Source of the DNA: the human T2T-CHM13v2.0 reference genome, Homo sapiens
Direction: 5' to 3' (one strand)
DNA length: 64,000 nucleotides
Assembly (NCBI RefSeq): GCF_009914755.1
Contig: NC_060927.1
Positions 1-13,593 of the stretch are shown in pieces. The position numbers and the translations under genes were made by a program. Under the pieces are notes generated by a model that ran no database searches, was not told the origin of the DNA, and saw nothing but the letters and a program-made list of their open reading frames with translations. The stretch's first letter is position 1, and each line of letters begins with the position of its first letter.

Positions 1-449
1 TAAAGATCTTTTCATATGCATTTATGAAAGATACCCATCTTCAGTTTTGCCTTAAATATACATGCATTCACATACACATAAACATGCCGGTCTAAAATTA
101 TTTGGTCAATAAATTAATAAGTTGAAGTATTTGCTTGAACTGAAATACGTGCTTTAAATTTCTTATCATTTCCTCAATTCAAGTCACCTAGAAAAATGAA
201 CAGATAGAAAATAAAAAGCCAAAAAAGACAATAATAAGCCTCATTCAATTGAAATGAAGCAAAGTATTTCATGTTCTAAGCTGTCAATCTAATTAATTCT
301 CAAGAGGATATTAGTGTGTAACCATTACTAACAATTTGATAACTTTGGGGGCTTGTTTGGTTTGGTTTGGTTTTTTGTAAAGGCAACAAAAGTCTGCATT
401 AGTTTTTTACCTATGTTCTTTTCAGTCCATTCACAATTGTTTGTTTACC

Positions 450-600
450 TTTTTTTTTTTCAGTTTGGAAAGTTTATTTTATTTTTATATATATATATTT
501 ATTATACTTTAAGTTCTAGGGTACATGTGCACAACATGCAGGTTTGTTACATATGTATACATGTGCCATGTTGGTGTGCTGCACCCATTAACTCATTTAC
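450..600 (-). mobile_element. Very short 5'-truncated L1PA 3' end with two A-tails
   Basis: ttatactttaagttctagggtacatgtgcacaacatgcaggtttgttac... is the reverse complement of the L1PA 3' terminus; tttaccttt flanks both sides (444-452, 596-604). Confidence 0.9.
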
Positions 601-932
601 CTTTCTATAACTACTTGGTGTTCACATGCAAACACACACAGTTTTACTCCTGTCCTATTTTCCTGTGATTTCTCACTTGCATTAGAGGACTGTAAAATGA
701 GTTCCTTTATTTAGTGCAGTTTCCTTAACCAGAATTGTATTAGCTCATCTCTTGCATTAGCTTTAGAAATCTAAACTTTTGTTTAGTTTTTTCTTTTTTT
801 TTTTTGTATTGAAAACTCATTACCTGGATAAAAAAGCTAATACAAACTTTATTTGTCAGAGCCATGCTACCTTCCATCACTACAGAAACAAATTTTTTAC
901 AATAAAAATCACTTCTAGAAAGATAAGCAATA

Positions 933-1244
<312 letters not shown>

Positions 1245-1287
1245 AGAAAGATAAGCAATAGCCTGCATTAAGAAGCAAAAGGGAGCC

Positions 1288-1601
<314 letters not shown>

Positions 1602-1658
1602 CTACAACTTCCTAAAACCTCCCAGCAATAATCACAAAATCACTTTATAGTATAATGT

Positions 1659-2101
1659 TGCTATGGTTTGCATATGGATTGTTTGGTCCCACTAAGTCTC
1701 ATATTGAAATCTGATCCCAGTGTTGGAGGTGAGGCATAATGGGAGGTGTTTGGGTCATGGGGGTGGATTCCTTGTGAATGGCTTGGTGCCATCCTCGTGG
1801 TAATGAATGAGTTCTCTTCTGGTTCTCACAAGACTTCCCCAAAGAACTGGATGTTAAAAAGAATCTGGCACCTCTCACCTCTCTCTCTCTCACACTTCCT
1901 CTCTAGCCATGTGATCTCTGCACACTGGCTCCCCTTTACCTTCTGCCGTGAGTGGAAGCAGCCTGAGGCCCTCATCAGAAGCAGATGTTGGTGCCATGCT
2001 TCTTGTACAGCCTGCAGAACTGCGAGCCAAAGAAACCTGTTTTTTTCATAGATTACCCAGCCTCAGGTATTCTTTTATAGAAACAGAAATGGACTAAGGC
2101 A
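1659..2101 (+). mobile_element. MSTB-type MaLR solo LTR
   Basis: tgctatggtttg start, gattacccagcctcaggtattc, ggactaaggca end. Confidence 0.85.
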
Positions 2102-3914
2102 AACATTCTGAGTTTTCAGATAGCAGTTTGCCTACCAAGATAGATTTTTCTCAGAGCAGAGTGTGAACTCTGAGAGCTTTTGTCAACTTTTCACACAAAC
2201 TGCAGTTGCAACATCCATTAAAATCATGGGTCTTTCCATTGAGAGTGACACATTAAAGTGACATCATGCATTTTCAGAAGGGATCAGGAAATTATACATT
2301 TCTTCTTATGCAAATTACCAGAGAAGCTGAGAAAAAAAACACAAATTGAAGATAAATTTTAAGGGCTTTCTGAATCTTAGTCAATAATTGTTAGTCTTCT
2401 TTTACTTTGCAATGTAAACAAGGTTTACAAGGTTTTTGCTTTCATGAAGCTTATGTGTTCATGAGGAGACATACAATAAACAAATTGTCAATTTATGTAT
2501 GTATGAATATAGATGCAAATATGATACATATATTGTATATATACACATGCACATACAGATATACACATATCTACCAATGTATATCATATGTATGCATATC
2601 TATTGTGTGCATATGCATGGGGATTGTATACCAGACAGCAGCAAATGATTTGCAAAAAAAAATTAAATGAACAACGGGAAATAACACATGCTTTTTTTTT
2701 TTTTTTTTTTTGCAGAAAGCATATCTCATGTACTACACGGAGGGAGCAGTGAGAAACTATGGGAAAGGCAAAGGCCATCTTGCTCCTTCAATGGGCCTTC
2801 TCTGTTCATCTTTGTGGCAGGATGCCTATTGGAAGTCAACAGAAAGCTACTCTTTCTCTTTTCCCTTTTATTCTGCCTTCAGAGAGCAGAAATTGTTTCA
2901 CTCTTTCTTGCAATTGAAGATTCACTATTCCCAGCGTTTTCCAAACCTACATCCCATTTCTGCCTTCTATGACCATTTCAGTGGCAAACTTGTGGAAGGT
3001 GAATCAGGTATCACTGGCCTGCCACCCACTTCATTAAATGTGTCACTATTCCTTTTAATATTCTGAGTGAAATCATTCTAGCAAATGACAAACTGTGAAG
3101 ATGGCACATATATTAGCTTAAAAGAAAATAATGTTATCACAAATTATATTCAATATACAATTAATACAGTCAAATGTTTATTAGCTACTGCAGTTAGTGA
3201 TACTTGTATTTAGCCAAGGCAAACTCTTCTGTTCCCAGTAGAGAACAACTTTTGTACTGTAATGGTAAACAAACACTATTGCTGATCTCTCCAACACTTA
3301 ATACTAGTTCACGTCAAAAGGAAGAATCTATTACCATTTAACTTACCTATTCCTATTTTAAATTAGTATTAGAAAGATGATTTTATCTTAAGCCAAATCA
3401 TCTTCAGCAGTGCATCTTGCGCTGCTCCAGATTCCACTAGAGAAGGTAGAGGAAACTCCTGCTGTAACCACCTTCATACAAATACTTTCACTGCTGATGT
3501 CCTAGATGGCTACTTTTCTGGATTACCAAGGGCATACTAGAAATCTCCACCTCCCTTACCACAGGTATCTTGAACGCAATGTAACCACAACAAATCCATT
3601 ATCATTTTCCCCCAAAGTCCTCCTTCTCTACATTTCTTTTCTCAGTCAATGGGACCAGCATTTATCAAGTTACCCAAGCCTTATACACTCACTCAGTCAG
3701 CCCCCAATACCAATTGCTTCTATCCCCTTAAGTCAACTCACAAGTACTCTCTCATCACATCTACATTTTGCAGCACCGTGGGTTTCCCACCTAATACTCA
3801 TTCCCTTTATCCTTCTAAGTGAACCGTGATTTTATTCAGGTAGAAGTTCATATGCTTCAAGAAAGGCTCAGTTTCTTTCTAGGCCCTAGAGTGTGGGTCT
3901 TGATTTATCCAAAC

Positions 3915-4120
3915 CAGCACTATACAATGGGAATTGCTGTAATGATGGAAATGATTTATAATCTGCTGTGTTCAATATGGTAGGCACTATGTGTGACTAT
4001 TAAGCATTTGATTTGTGACAAGAGCAAATGATGCACAGAATTTTTAATTGTATGTAATTTTATCTAATTTAAATCTAAATAGTCACATGTGACTAATGAC
4101 TGCTTTATCAGACAGTGCGT
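3915..4120 (+). mobile_element. MER3 (hAT-Charlie)
   Basis: gatggaaatg...caatatggtag...aatttaaatctaaatagtcacatgtgacta matches the MER3 layout. Confidence 0.75.
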
Positions 4121-4124
4121 ATAC

Positions 4125-4560
4125 CGATCAGGGTGTTTCCTTATCAATCACCAATGACTCATGCAGGAATGGACATTTGACAGAATTTTGGCTAAGTTAG
4201 ACATGAGAAGGAGCCTGACAGAGAACTTCTGGCAAACTTCTCCCTCTTCAAAAGAGATAAAGAATGGGACATTCTTCTGTTCTCTAGGTGTTGTGTAAAG
4301 ACAAGAGAGTTAGAGCTTTTATAGGCATCTTAAATCCATGAGGAGACAATCCTCAGGACAAATGACTGACTACCTACTGAGGAGATACAAGAAAAAAATG
4401 GAAATAATCTGAGTCCTCAATCACATCTAAAATAAGCTGCTGAATTAACAGCATTGCCATCTCTCTTCTGAAATTATTTGTGTGAGATAATAAACCTCCT
4501 TATTTTTAGATCTGTTGACTTGGCAATTCTATATCTTTAGGTAAAAAAGCATTCTCAGGT
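4125..4560 (+). mobile_element. Old MLT1 (K/L-like) LTR remnant, probably interrupted by MER3
   Basis: Degenerate MLT1 motifs; gagataataaacc near the end. Confidence 0.45.
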
Positions 4561-6322
4561 GCTAACTTCCTAACCTCAATTCCTTCTAATCTATTATTCA
4601 AGCATCCATTATTTTTCCTTCACAAGACTTAACAGTTTATAACTAGATATTTTGTGTCTTAGTTGTGTGCTTTTTGTCTATTCCCGCATCAGCTTTTAGC
4701 CTCTGGAAAACAGATATCATGCATGTTTGACCCTCCATTGTATGTCATCATGGCATAGCACACATACTGGCAGTATGTGGGTCCACAATAAATAGATCCT
4801 GAATTAATTAATTAATTAGTTCATGAATTTTTGTGTACAGTTCTAATCATAATTTTGCTTTTTAAAAGTCTTTCTGCCTTTCCACACAAGTTACAGCATG
4901 GATTCTACATTTCCTAGTCTAACATTCAAAGATATTCACTCTCTGGCTAGGCCTAGCTTTGCAGCTTCTTCTCCTATCACTACTGCCTCCCCATCACCTT
5001 GTGTTCCATCTCAGAAATAATAACTGCTCACTCTTCTCAGATTATCCAAGAATGGCTCAGAGACATTAAGCGAGTGATTCTGCAGGCTGCTCAGGCAAGT
5101 TCCATGCAAATAATTTATTCCTATGTGAGAGAATCAGCTATGTGAGGGTAGACTGAGTCAAGATTTTAAAAAGACATAAACAAAATTTATAGAAGGAAAA
5201 AAATGAGGGAGGGCCTATATATAGCCTGAGAATAGTGTACTTTGTTTACATAATTTTTAATTAAACTGATTATTTGGCCACTAAAAGAGAGGACAGTGTG
5301 GACATTGTGTCCTTGACTAGTCTAAGATTATAAAGAAAACATTTCCATGCGTTGATGATTGGCTAGAACACTGTGATAGTTTGGTTGTGGAAAAATGTGA
5401 GAGGGTAACTTGATGTAATATTCACCAGGATTTTCCCATGGGCACCTCAATCTTAGCAAGTCCACATTTCCATCAGAATTTCTCAAGATTAGTTCTTAGA
5501 TTCTCTCTGTCTTTCTTTCCATGGAGAAGGCACATCCATCCTTCTAATTCTGGCTATTTTTAGTTGTAGATTTTGGACCCTACATACCTGAATTCTAAAT
5601 TTTTATATAATCCTACACATTTCTTTTTAGAGTGTTCAACATGGTTCCATAAACATTTATTGAGCAACTCTGTATGTCAAGAATTCTCGTTGGTACTGCG
5701 GGATATACTAGTAAACTACATAGACTCAGCCACTTACAACTTACAAGTGGATACATCCAATTTAAAAGACACGAGTTAAAAAAAAAAAAGAAAAAAGCAG
5801 TAGTCTCACACCGGTACAATCTGTTACTAGCAGCAGAGTTAGTGTAGTTAAATGTTGAGAAATTGCAATTAGCAAGAAATTTTCAGTCTAATCAAAAGAA
5901 AAAAACTGAACGCTATTCAGCAAGAAAAAAAAAAAAAAGCTAATCGCTGGGCTTAGGAAGTATGTGAACCCCTCTAGCTAAGGTTTTCTCAAGTTGGGTT
6001 CCGTGTAGAAAAAACATCCACAGCCAGCTATGAGATTCCTGGACTAGCCAAAGCCTCGATTTCAATAAGTGATCAGTAAATGATCATAATTTTTTTCTGC
6101 AAATTCTTCTTTACTACAAATTCTGGTAGGTGTAGGATGAAAAGTATTATATGAAGTGCTGCCACATCCTTCCTTGAGAGTTTTTCAATCAATCCGGCAC
6201 TGTCTAGGGAGCCTTCCTCAGAATTTGTAAAACTAGATACACCTCACTCACAGCTATCCCACGTAGGTTATTGCCCTTGTATTTTCATTTCTCAGTTTTA
6301 TTTGTAAAATTTACTTCTTACC

Positions 6323-6632
6323 ATTTTATTTTTATTTTATTTATTTATTTATTTTTTGAGAAGGAGTCTCGCTCTGTCACCCAGGCTGGAGTGCAGTAGG
6401 CGGCTCACTGCAAACTCCGCCTCTCGGGTTCCCGCCATTCTCCTGCCTCAGCTTCCCGAGTAGCTGGGACTACAGGCGCCCACCACCACGCCCGGATGAT
6501 TTTTTTGTATTTTTAGTAGAGACAGGGTTTCACCGTGTTAGCCAGGATGGTGTCGATCTCCTGACCTCGTGATCAACCTGCCTCGGCCTCCCAAAGTGCT
6601 GGGATTACAGGCGTGAGCCACAGCACCCGGCC
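6323..6632 (-). mobile_element. AluY with small internal deletion
   Basis: caccgtgttagccaggatgg and gccattctcc are Y diagnostics; (ATTT)n tail; degenerate TSD acttcttaccatttt/acttcctgccatttt. Confidence 0.92.
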
Positions 6633-6672
6633 CCACTTCCTGCCATTTTAATGTTTTTGGTCATTACGGTAA

Positions 6673-7115
6673 GTGGTATTATTTGTTCACAATCATTTGC
6701 CCCACCCCAGGCTTTGTCGTACTTCTTTATCGTCAGAATATGATCCCTATGCACTTTGGCCTTGGTCATGTGACTTTGGCCAATGGAATAGGAGCAGATA
6801 GGACTTATACAATTTTTGAGCAGAAATGTTAAATGTACTTTTGTGGTTTGGCTCTGCCCCCTGAGCTTCTGCCTTCTAAAAAAAGACCAAGCTATGAAAA
6901 AGATCATGACCCAGATTAGGGTTGTTCCTTTACCCCTGAGACCTGGAATACAAGCCACCTGGAGCCAAGGCCGGCTACTGCCAGGGAAACCCAGCTGAAC
7001 TCAGCAGTGTCATAGCTGACCAATGGTTCTCATAAACCAGGAGTGAGAAATAGACCTTTGTTATAAGTCACTGAGATTGCGGAGTTGTTTGTTGCTATAG
7101 CAAAAATTAGTACAA
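6673..7115 (+). mobile_element. MLT1 (H/I/J-like) LTR
   Basis: ggtcatgtgactttggccaatggaat; ataagtcactgagattgcggagttgtttgtt end. Confidence 0.7.
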
Positions 7116-8723
7116 TCTTCCATTTTTTAAAAATTGCTGATCAGATTGATAAATGTTACGCTACATTCAAAGCTATTTTCTTCATACAAATTTTACACAT
7201 AATTTGGGTTGATTAGCAGTACAATAATTCTTTGCAAGCAGGCCTGATGCAACCCCCTCCCCTCTGCCGCCTTTTTTTTTTTTAAACAATCTAGCATTCA
7301 AGAAGATAACTTTGATTTATGAATCTTGGCGACAATGTTAAATTCCAGGCATATAATATTTTGTGGTGTTTAACTCAATCAAGATAAAACAACCACATTG
7401 CATTCTTAAGATATTTGCTTTCTACCAACTTCCTCCAAATAAACATCTTCTAAGGCCTAATAAACTCTCTCTCTGCCTGGTTTTAATCCTTCAAATCTTG
7501 AGGTCAGTCATCTCCCTCCTAAATCCTCTTAGTTTCTCTCTAGAAAATCATGAAATTGACCATATAAATATTTTCTGCCTCCTTATCTTCCTTAACCCAC
7601 AGAGAAAGGTGATATCTTCTAAGTGTTGACAAAGGGTTGAAGTATTGAAGTATTTCAGTAAGGTGATAGCTCTGCAAAAGCCACCTATCAAAATACCCAT
7701 GAAACACAAACCTCCCTATAATTAGTCATCAGAAATAATAAATCGTCACCATGCCAGCCTTTATATTCTCTGAGAGAATTGACCTGAAATATTCACTGTC
7801 CCTCCCTCACTTCCCATCTCCTGTGACTGCCAATCAAAGGGAGACAGTCCTGTCAGGGAGCTGAGCTGACTCAGCAAGGGTGGAAACAAGACCTGCAGTT
7901 ACTTAACATTTAATCACACAAAAGGCCCTGGAAAAAAGAGATCAAAATGTGACAAAAATTAACCTAAAACCAACAGAAACGGGGACGTCTAAATACACAT
8001 TGATGTGAAAGTGCTACTCTTAGAATCTGGGAAACTAGTCAAACAGTCTCCTGTTCAGGGACATAGACGTTGGTTTTCTTTTTGTTTCCCTCAAATTCAC
8101 TTTCATCTTCCATTAAAAAACTTTGAATGACTTAAGAAACAAAGTTCTCCTGCTATAAACAAACACACACACAGTGTGAATGCAAATTTCTAACCTTCTG
8201 CTAGGTCTTCAGGGGACCATTGCCCCGGGCAGTTCTGGCCTGCTGGACTGGAGCCTGCTGTGTCAAGGTTGAAATTTGCTTTGAAGTCTGACACAGGGCC
8301 TCAAAAATCTCTTCCAGGGCCCACTACCTGAGTCTCAGAATTAGTCATTAATTCGGTTGGGACAAGCTGAAGTGTACATGAACATTATTAAATACACATT
8401 CCTTTGTTGTGATTATTATGGTAATTTTAAATGGAGAGATGTTAACCGCAGGGATCTTTAGGGTTAGATAATCTAATGATTCTTTTGAGGAACTGAGATA
8501 AGATTTAAAAGAAGATAGATCTAAAACTGACACTCCTGAGAGTACACCTAATTTTGACCTTGACTTATTTTGCAACCTAAGGCTAGTGACAAAACCTCTG
8601 AATCTCTGTGAGGGAGCTATAAAATTTTGATGAGATGCTATTTTTAAGAAATTCTGAAAAATTAACCCTTACCTAATTTTTGCTTTTCTTTCCTAGGTAT
8701 TCAACAATTAACACACTAAGGTC

Positions 8724-8753
8724 CAGCCCTTATACCTACTCTCTCACACACAC

Positions 8754-8788
<35 letters not shown>

Positions 8789-9028
8789 TAAGCACATATA
8801 AACACCTAAAAGTTCAGTCTTGTCTTGATTCCAAAACACAACAAACATGTATCAAGAATCTCCACACCACAATCTAGAAAGAATGGACTTCACCCTTATA
8901 TCTACTGTCTTTCACAAACACACAAATATGTACACATACACACTTAAAAGTTCAGTTCTGTCTTTATTCCAAAGCACAGCAGACATGTATCAAGAATCTC
9001 CATATCACGATCTGGAAGGAATGGACTT
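8724..9028. repeat. Diverged 2-copy tandem duplication (167 and 138 bp units) with (CA)n in copy 1
   Basis: aaagttcag...acatgtatcaagaatctcca...gaatggacttca occurs twice. Confidence 0.9.
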
Positions 9029-9087
9029 CAGCCGGTCACACAGACTCAGTGGGCCAGAGTAAACTGCTAAGGTTTTCATAAAGCTCC

Positions 9088-9490
9088 TGAAGAGATTCAG
9101 GACATGCTACCTCACACTATTTTAACTAAAGAAATTTGAGAAGACCACAGAAGCGGGAAGGTCATTCTCACCTTCCCATCATCTTTCGATGAAGCAGATC
9201 ATAAAAGCTAGAAAGGGTTTTCTGACCTCCTCCTGAAGCAGATCATAAGAACTTCATCTGGGAAGTGGCCTCCCTCCACATGGAGGAAGAGGGAATTCTT
9301 ATCTGTGAAGACACAGGGACAAGGAGAATAATCTTGGTGAGTAACAGGCCTTGCTAAGCTCCCTTCAGTTTACTACCAATAGATCATATTTTGTATCCAA
9401 TCAGAGTTCTCCATGACTATCCGCCTTTTTATCAGACTTAGCCAAAAAAAAAAATAGGTTTTCCCATTTTTTCATATCTTCATTCCCTGA
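9088..9490 (+). mobile_element. MER34/MER39-like ERV1 LTR
   Basis: tgaagagattcaggacatgctacc start, repeated gaagcagatcataa, aacaggccttgctaag. Confidence 0.65.
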
Positions 9491-9965
9491 TGACGATAGC
9501 ATCTATAGAGTAAAAGATTACAGAGCCATTATTATAGTTTTAATATAGTTATTTCAACAGCTTCTTGCCAGAAACCTAATAATTCTTTGTAGTGACATGA
9601 AAACCTTTTGGGTGGTTGACAGTTCTTCCCTTTTGTTTATTGTGCTGTTAATTGTTAGTAATGATTTTTCCCACAAGTTGCCAAAAAAAAAAAAAACCAA
9701 ACAACATAAACAACCACATAATATTTATATTTTCCTATAAGTAGAAATCTTAAAAATTATTTTTAGATTGCACAATTCAGAAGATCAACAAAATTTCATG
9801 AGGAAGGCAGCTTCAATTATTAGCTCTGCTGAACTGAACATATTCACTCCCCTGTGGTCACAAAATGGCTGCTCCATTTTAGGCATCACATCCCAACACA
9901 GCAATGTCCAAGGAAAGGGCAGGAACGTGTGATAGGCCTATGCCTATACCCACCCCTGGTGAGGG

Positions 9966-10341
9966 TGATATGGTTTGGCTCTGTGTCCCCACCCAAATCT
10001 CATGTTGAATTGTGATCCTGAGTGTTGGAGGTAGGGCCTGGTGGAAGATGATTGGATCATGGGGACAGATTTCCGCCTTACTGTTGTCATGGAGTTCTCG
10101 TGATATCTGGTTGTTTAACAGTGTGTAGCACTTCTCCCTTTGCTTTCTTACTCCTGCTCCAGCCACGGAGGAGATGCAGGCTTCCCCTTCACCTTCTGAC
10201 ATGATTGCAAGTTTTCGGAGGCCTCCCCAGCCATGTTTCCCATATATACTATGGAATCATGAGCCAGTTTAAACCTGTTTTCTATATAAATTACCCCGCT
10301 TCAGGTAGTTCTTTATAGCAATGTAAGGATGAACTAATGCC
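9966..10341 (+). mobile_element. MSTA solo LTR
   Basis: tgatatggtttggctctgtgtccccacccaaatctc ... ggtagttctttatagcaatg. Confidence 0.9.
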
Positions 10342-10736
10342 AATGGGGATGGGATAATCACGACAGGTTTATTCTAATAATGTTTCACTGACTGCCTACG
10401 GCTGGGGCTGCCACCCCACCATCTACTCTACTGCAACACATAGCTCTCCTGAAGAGGTAGGGTGTCTGTTGGAAAAGTGGAAAGGTTGTGAATGGTTGGT
10501 GTCTGCTACATCCAATGACTGTAGTTTGCTTTCTAGATGTTCAGCACCCTACATGAGAACACACCCACCCTGCCCACCACCCCACTCTCAAAAAGTTCAT
10601 CTTGCAAACTATGAAGGGTTCCCATTTCTCAAGAAATGCTCTGAGACAGACTCTATGAGGTATTGTGCCAGGGATACAACAGGATTACATAACATTCATT
10701 TATTCATTTAACAATCATATATTATACAATTGTTGT

Positions 10737-11280
<544 letters not shown>

Positions 11281-11364
11281 GAAACAAATAATGATTTTGT
11301 ATTACCAACTACTATTAATAATAAAATAATAAACATAAATTTCTTATGGAATAATAATAAATAA

Positions 11365-11615
11365 CCAATGCTTGTATAGTGTTTTCATTTTTTTACTTTA
11401 CATAAAACAATGCATTTAATTCTTTCAACAACTCTTAGATACATACTATTATTGTCTCCATATTACAGAGGGAAAAACTGAAGATCAGAGGCATAATAAC
11501 TTGGCCAAAGAAGCATAATAACTTGCCAAAGATATACCATTTGTAGATAAAAGAGCTAGATCTGAATGTAGGTGGTTTGATTCCAAAGTCCACATTATTA
11601 ACTACTACAGTGTAA
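11365..11615 (-). mobile_element. MIR with an internal duplication of about 22 bp
   Basis: MIR core attacagagggaaaaactgaag; gcataataacttg(g)ccaaaga occurs twice at about 11491-11531. Confidence 0.75.
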
Positions 11616-11974
11616 TCTTTCTCTGCATATAACAAAGTTTATCTGTCAATCAAGAAGGCAGCATAAAATACAGGGGACTAAGGAACCAGAGCACATGAAG
11701 TTGAATAAAGAGGTAATGTCCAGTTCATGGAGGTTTTAGTCTGCTTTCCTGAGAATGCAGAAATATTATTCTTCATTCAAAAATCTACTTATACAGGAAA
11801 TGATATTTTGAAACCTGCGGTCAAATATCCCCAGTCACATCATAGTTCAGCATTAAGGAGTCAGGCGGCCGCTAGAGCTCCTCTCCGGACCTGCTACAAT
11901 AGTAATAGGGGGCACAGAGCCACGGGCAAATGCCCATGAAGGGCATCTCATCTGGGTCACCACTAAATTGTAAC

Positions 11975-12548
11975 TGTAATAGGTCCATTTTCCAATGCGT
12001 GTGGCAAGTCAATTTGCAGAGACACCAGGTTACAGCAGAAAAAGACATTTAATTGTAGGGCCACTGAACGAGCAGATGGGAGGAAACCTCAAATCTGTCT
12101 CCCTGAGGAATTTGGGGCAAGTGTTTTTAAGGGTTTTGGAATGGACCAAAATGTGGAGACCGTTGATTGGTCAATGAGTGCAGGGTAAAGTCATGGGACA
12201 AGGAGATGAAGAAACTATTCTCATGCTGATTTGGTTCTCTGTGAGGATCACTGGAAGCCAGGTCTTAAAAACATCTTAAGCAATTCTTAAATAAAAGCTT
12301 TATGATTCTAACATCAGAGATCCTATCCAAAAGAATAACAGAAGTGCTAATTAATTATTAAACATAAATCCTATCCTATTCTAACATCAGAAATCCTATC
12401 TGTAGAAACAATCATGGATGCAAATGGTTAGCATCTAGTGCCACCTGACTTTCGGTAATAAGAAAGTCGGCCAAAGTATAGCCTGATTAGTGCTTAGTTA
12501 AAACTCTATTTCTGTCCAGAATTCTTGTAAAGCCTGTGAGGATGTCAC
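11975..12548 (-). mobile_element. LTR26-like ERV1 solo LTR
   Basis: gagacaccagg...gatgggaggaaacctcaaatc...tttttaagggttttgg...gagtgcagggtaaagtcatggg. Confidence 0.7.
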
Positions 12549-13299
12549 TGCTCTTCTACTAGATCTTGACACTTCCACAAACTGCTAGGATGATAAACCC
12601 AGGTCTTTATCATGTCAGAACCCACAGTCTCTCTTCCCTCTGCTCTTGCATCCTGGAAAGTTTTCCTACTCTGAGAGAAGAGCTCCATTCTCCTTCTTGC
12701 TTTTCTAAGACACTCTGGTTATAGCTTCGAATCCATTTCTTCATTTTATTTCCATAAAAATGATTAGAAATTGCCTAAATGACTCAGCATTTTAAAAACA
12801 AATCCAGAAAGACTTGCAGACTACCTTGGTTTTTACCCCTTTCAGGTGCCTTCCTTGAAGAGGTAGAGTAGGGAGCAATTCTCCCCACTTAATCCAGGGA
12901 AAGATTAAAAGTAAAAGGAAAACAACATAAAGCAAAGCCACAAGAAGTTTTTTCTTACAGCACTGAGGAGCGATAAAAATTTTTAAGCTGATGGCTAATA
13001 TGATTAAATTGGGGTTAAGGAGAAAAATCGAAGGACAGTATGGAGAAGATCTTCCTAGAAGCAGGGACACCACCAGTGAGGAAGCCCTTAGAATAATCCA
13101 GAACAGAGGTAACTCATAGAATGTTAGTAAAGATTGAGAGTAAGGAGTGGTTAAGAGAGAGATTAAGGGAGCATGAAACTAACTTTTACAGGGTTTACAA
13201 TTTATTTAAGGAGATTATAAGTATGATAGCTAGATTTATTGAGCACTTATTACATTCCAGTTTCTCTTGATAAGTGTTTGCATGCAATAATTTTTAAAA

Positions 13300-13492
13300 A
13301 TCTCATTATTAATTTTCATATTGATTATAAGTTGAAATAGGAATATTTTGCATATATTGGGTTAAACAAAGTATACTATCAAAATTAGTTTCTCTGCTTT
13401 AAAATTTTTTAATGTGGCTACTATATTTTTAAAATTATGGATATGACACACATTTGTGGCTTTCATTTTTTTTTCTTTTGAACAGCACTGAT
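13300..13492 (+). mobile_element. MER33 (hAT-Charlie) fragment
   Basis: gttgaaat..aatattttg..tatattgggttaaa; aatgtggctact; ends ttgaacagcactg. Confidence 0.65.
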
Positions 13493-13593
13493 GTAGAATG
13501 CATAGTTCAGTCCTATTTTTTCTTTGGTTCATTCCCTTAACTACAAGAAAGCTTTTTAATCTTTGGAAAACAAAATATAAAAATCTTGTCCTC

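Noticed and set aside
3421-3447. CTCF-like ccactagag motif
   Set aside because: It lacks the downstream GGC module; too weak without data.
8724-9028. CRISPR-like repeat array (also considered at 57624-57781)
   Set aside because: Only two long copies, no unique spacers, eukaryotic context.
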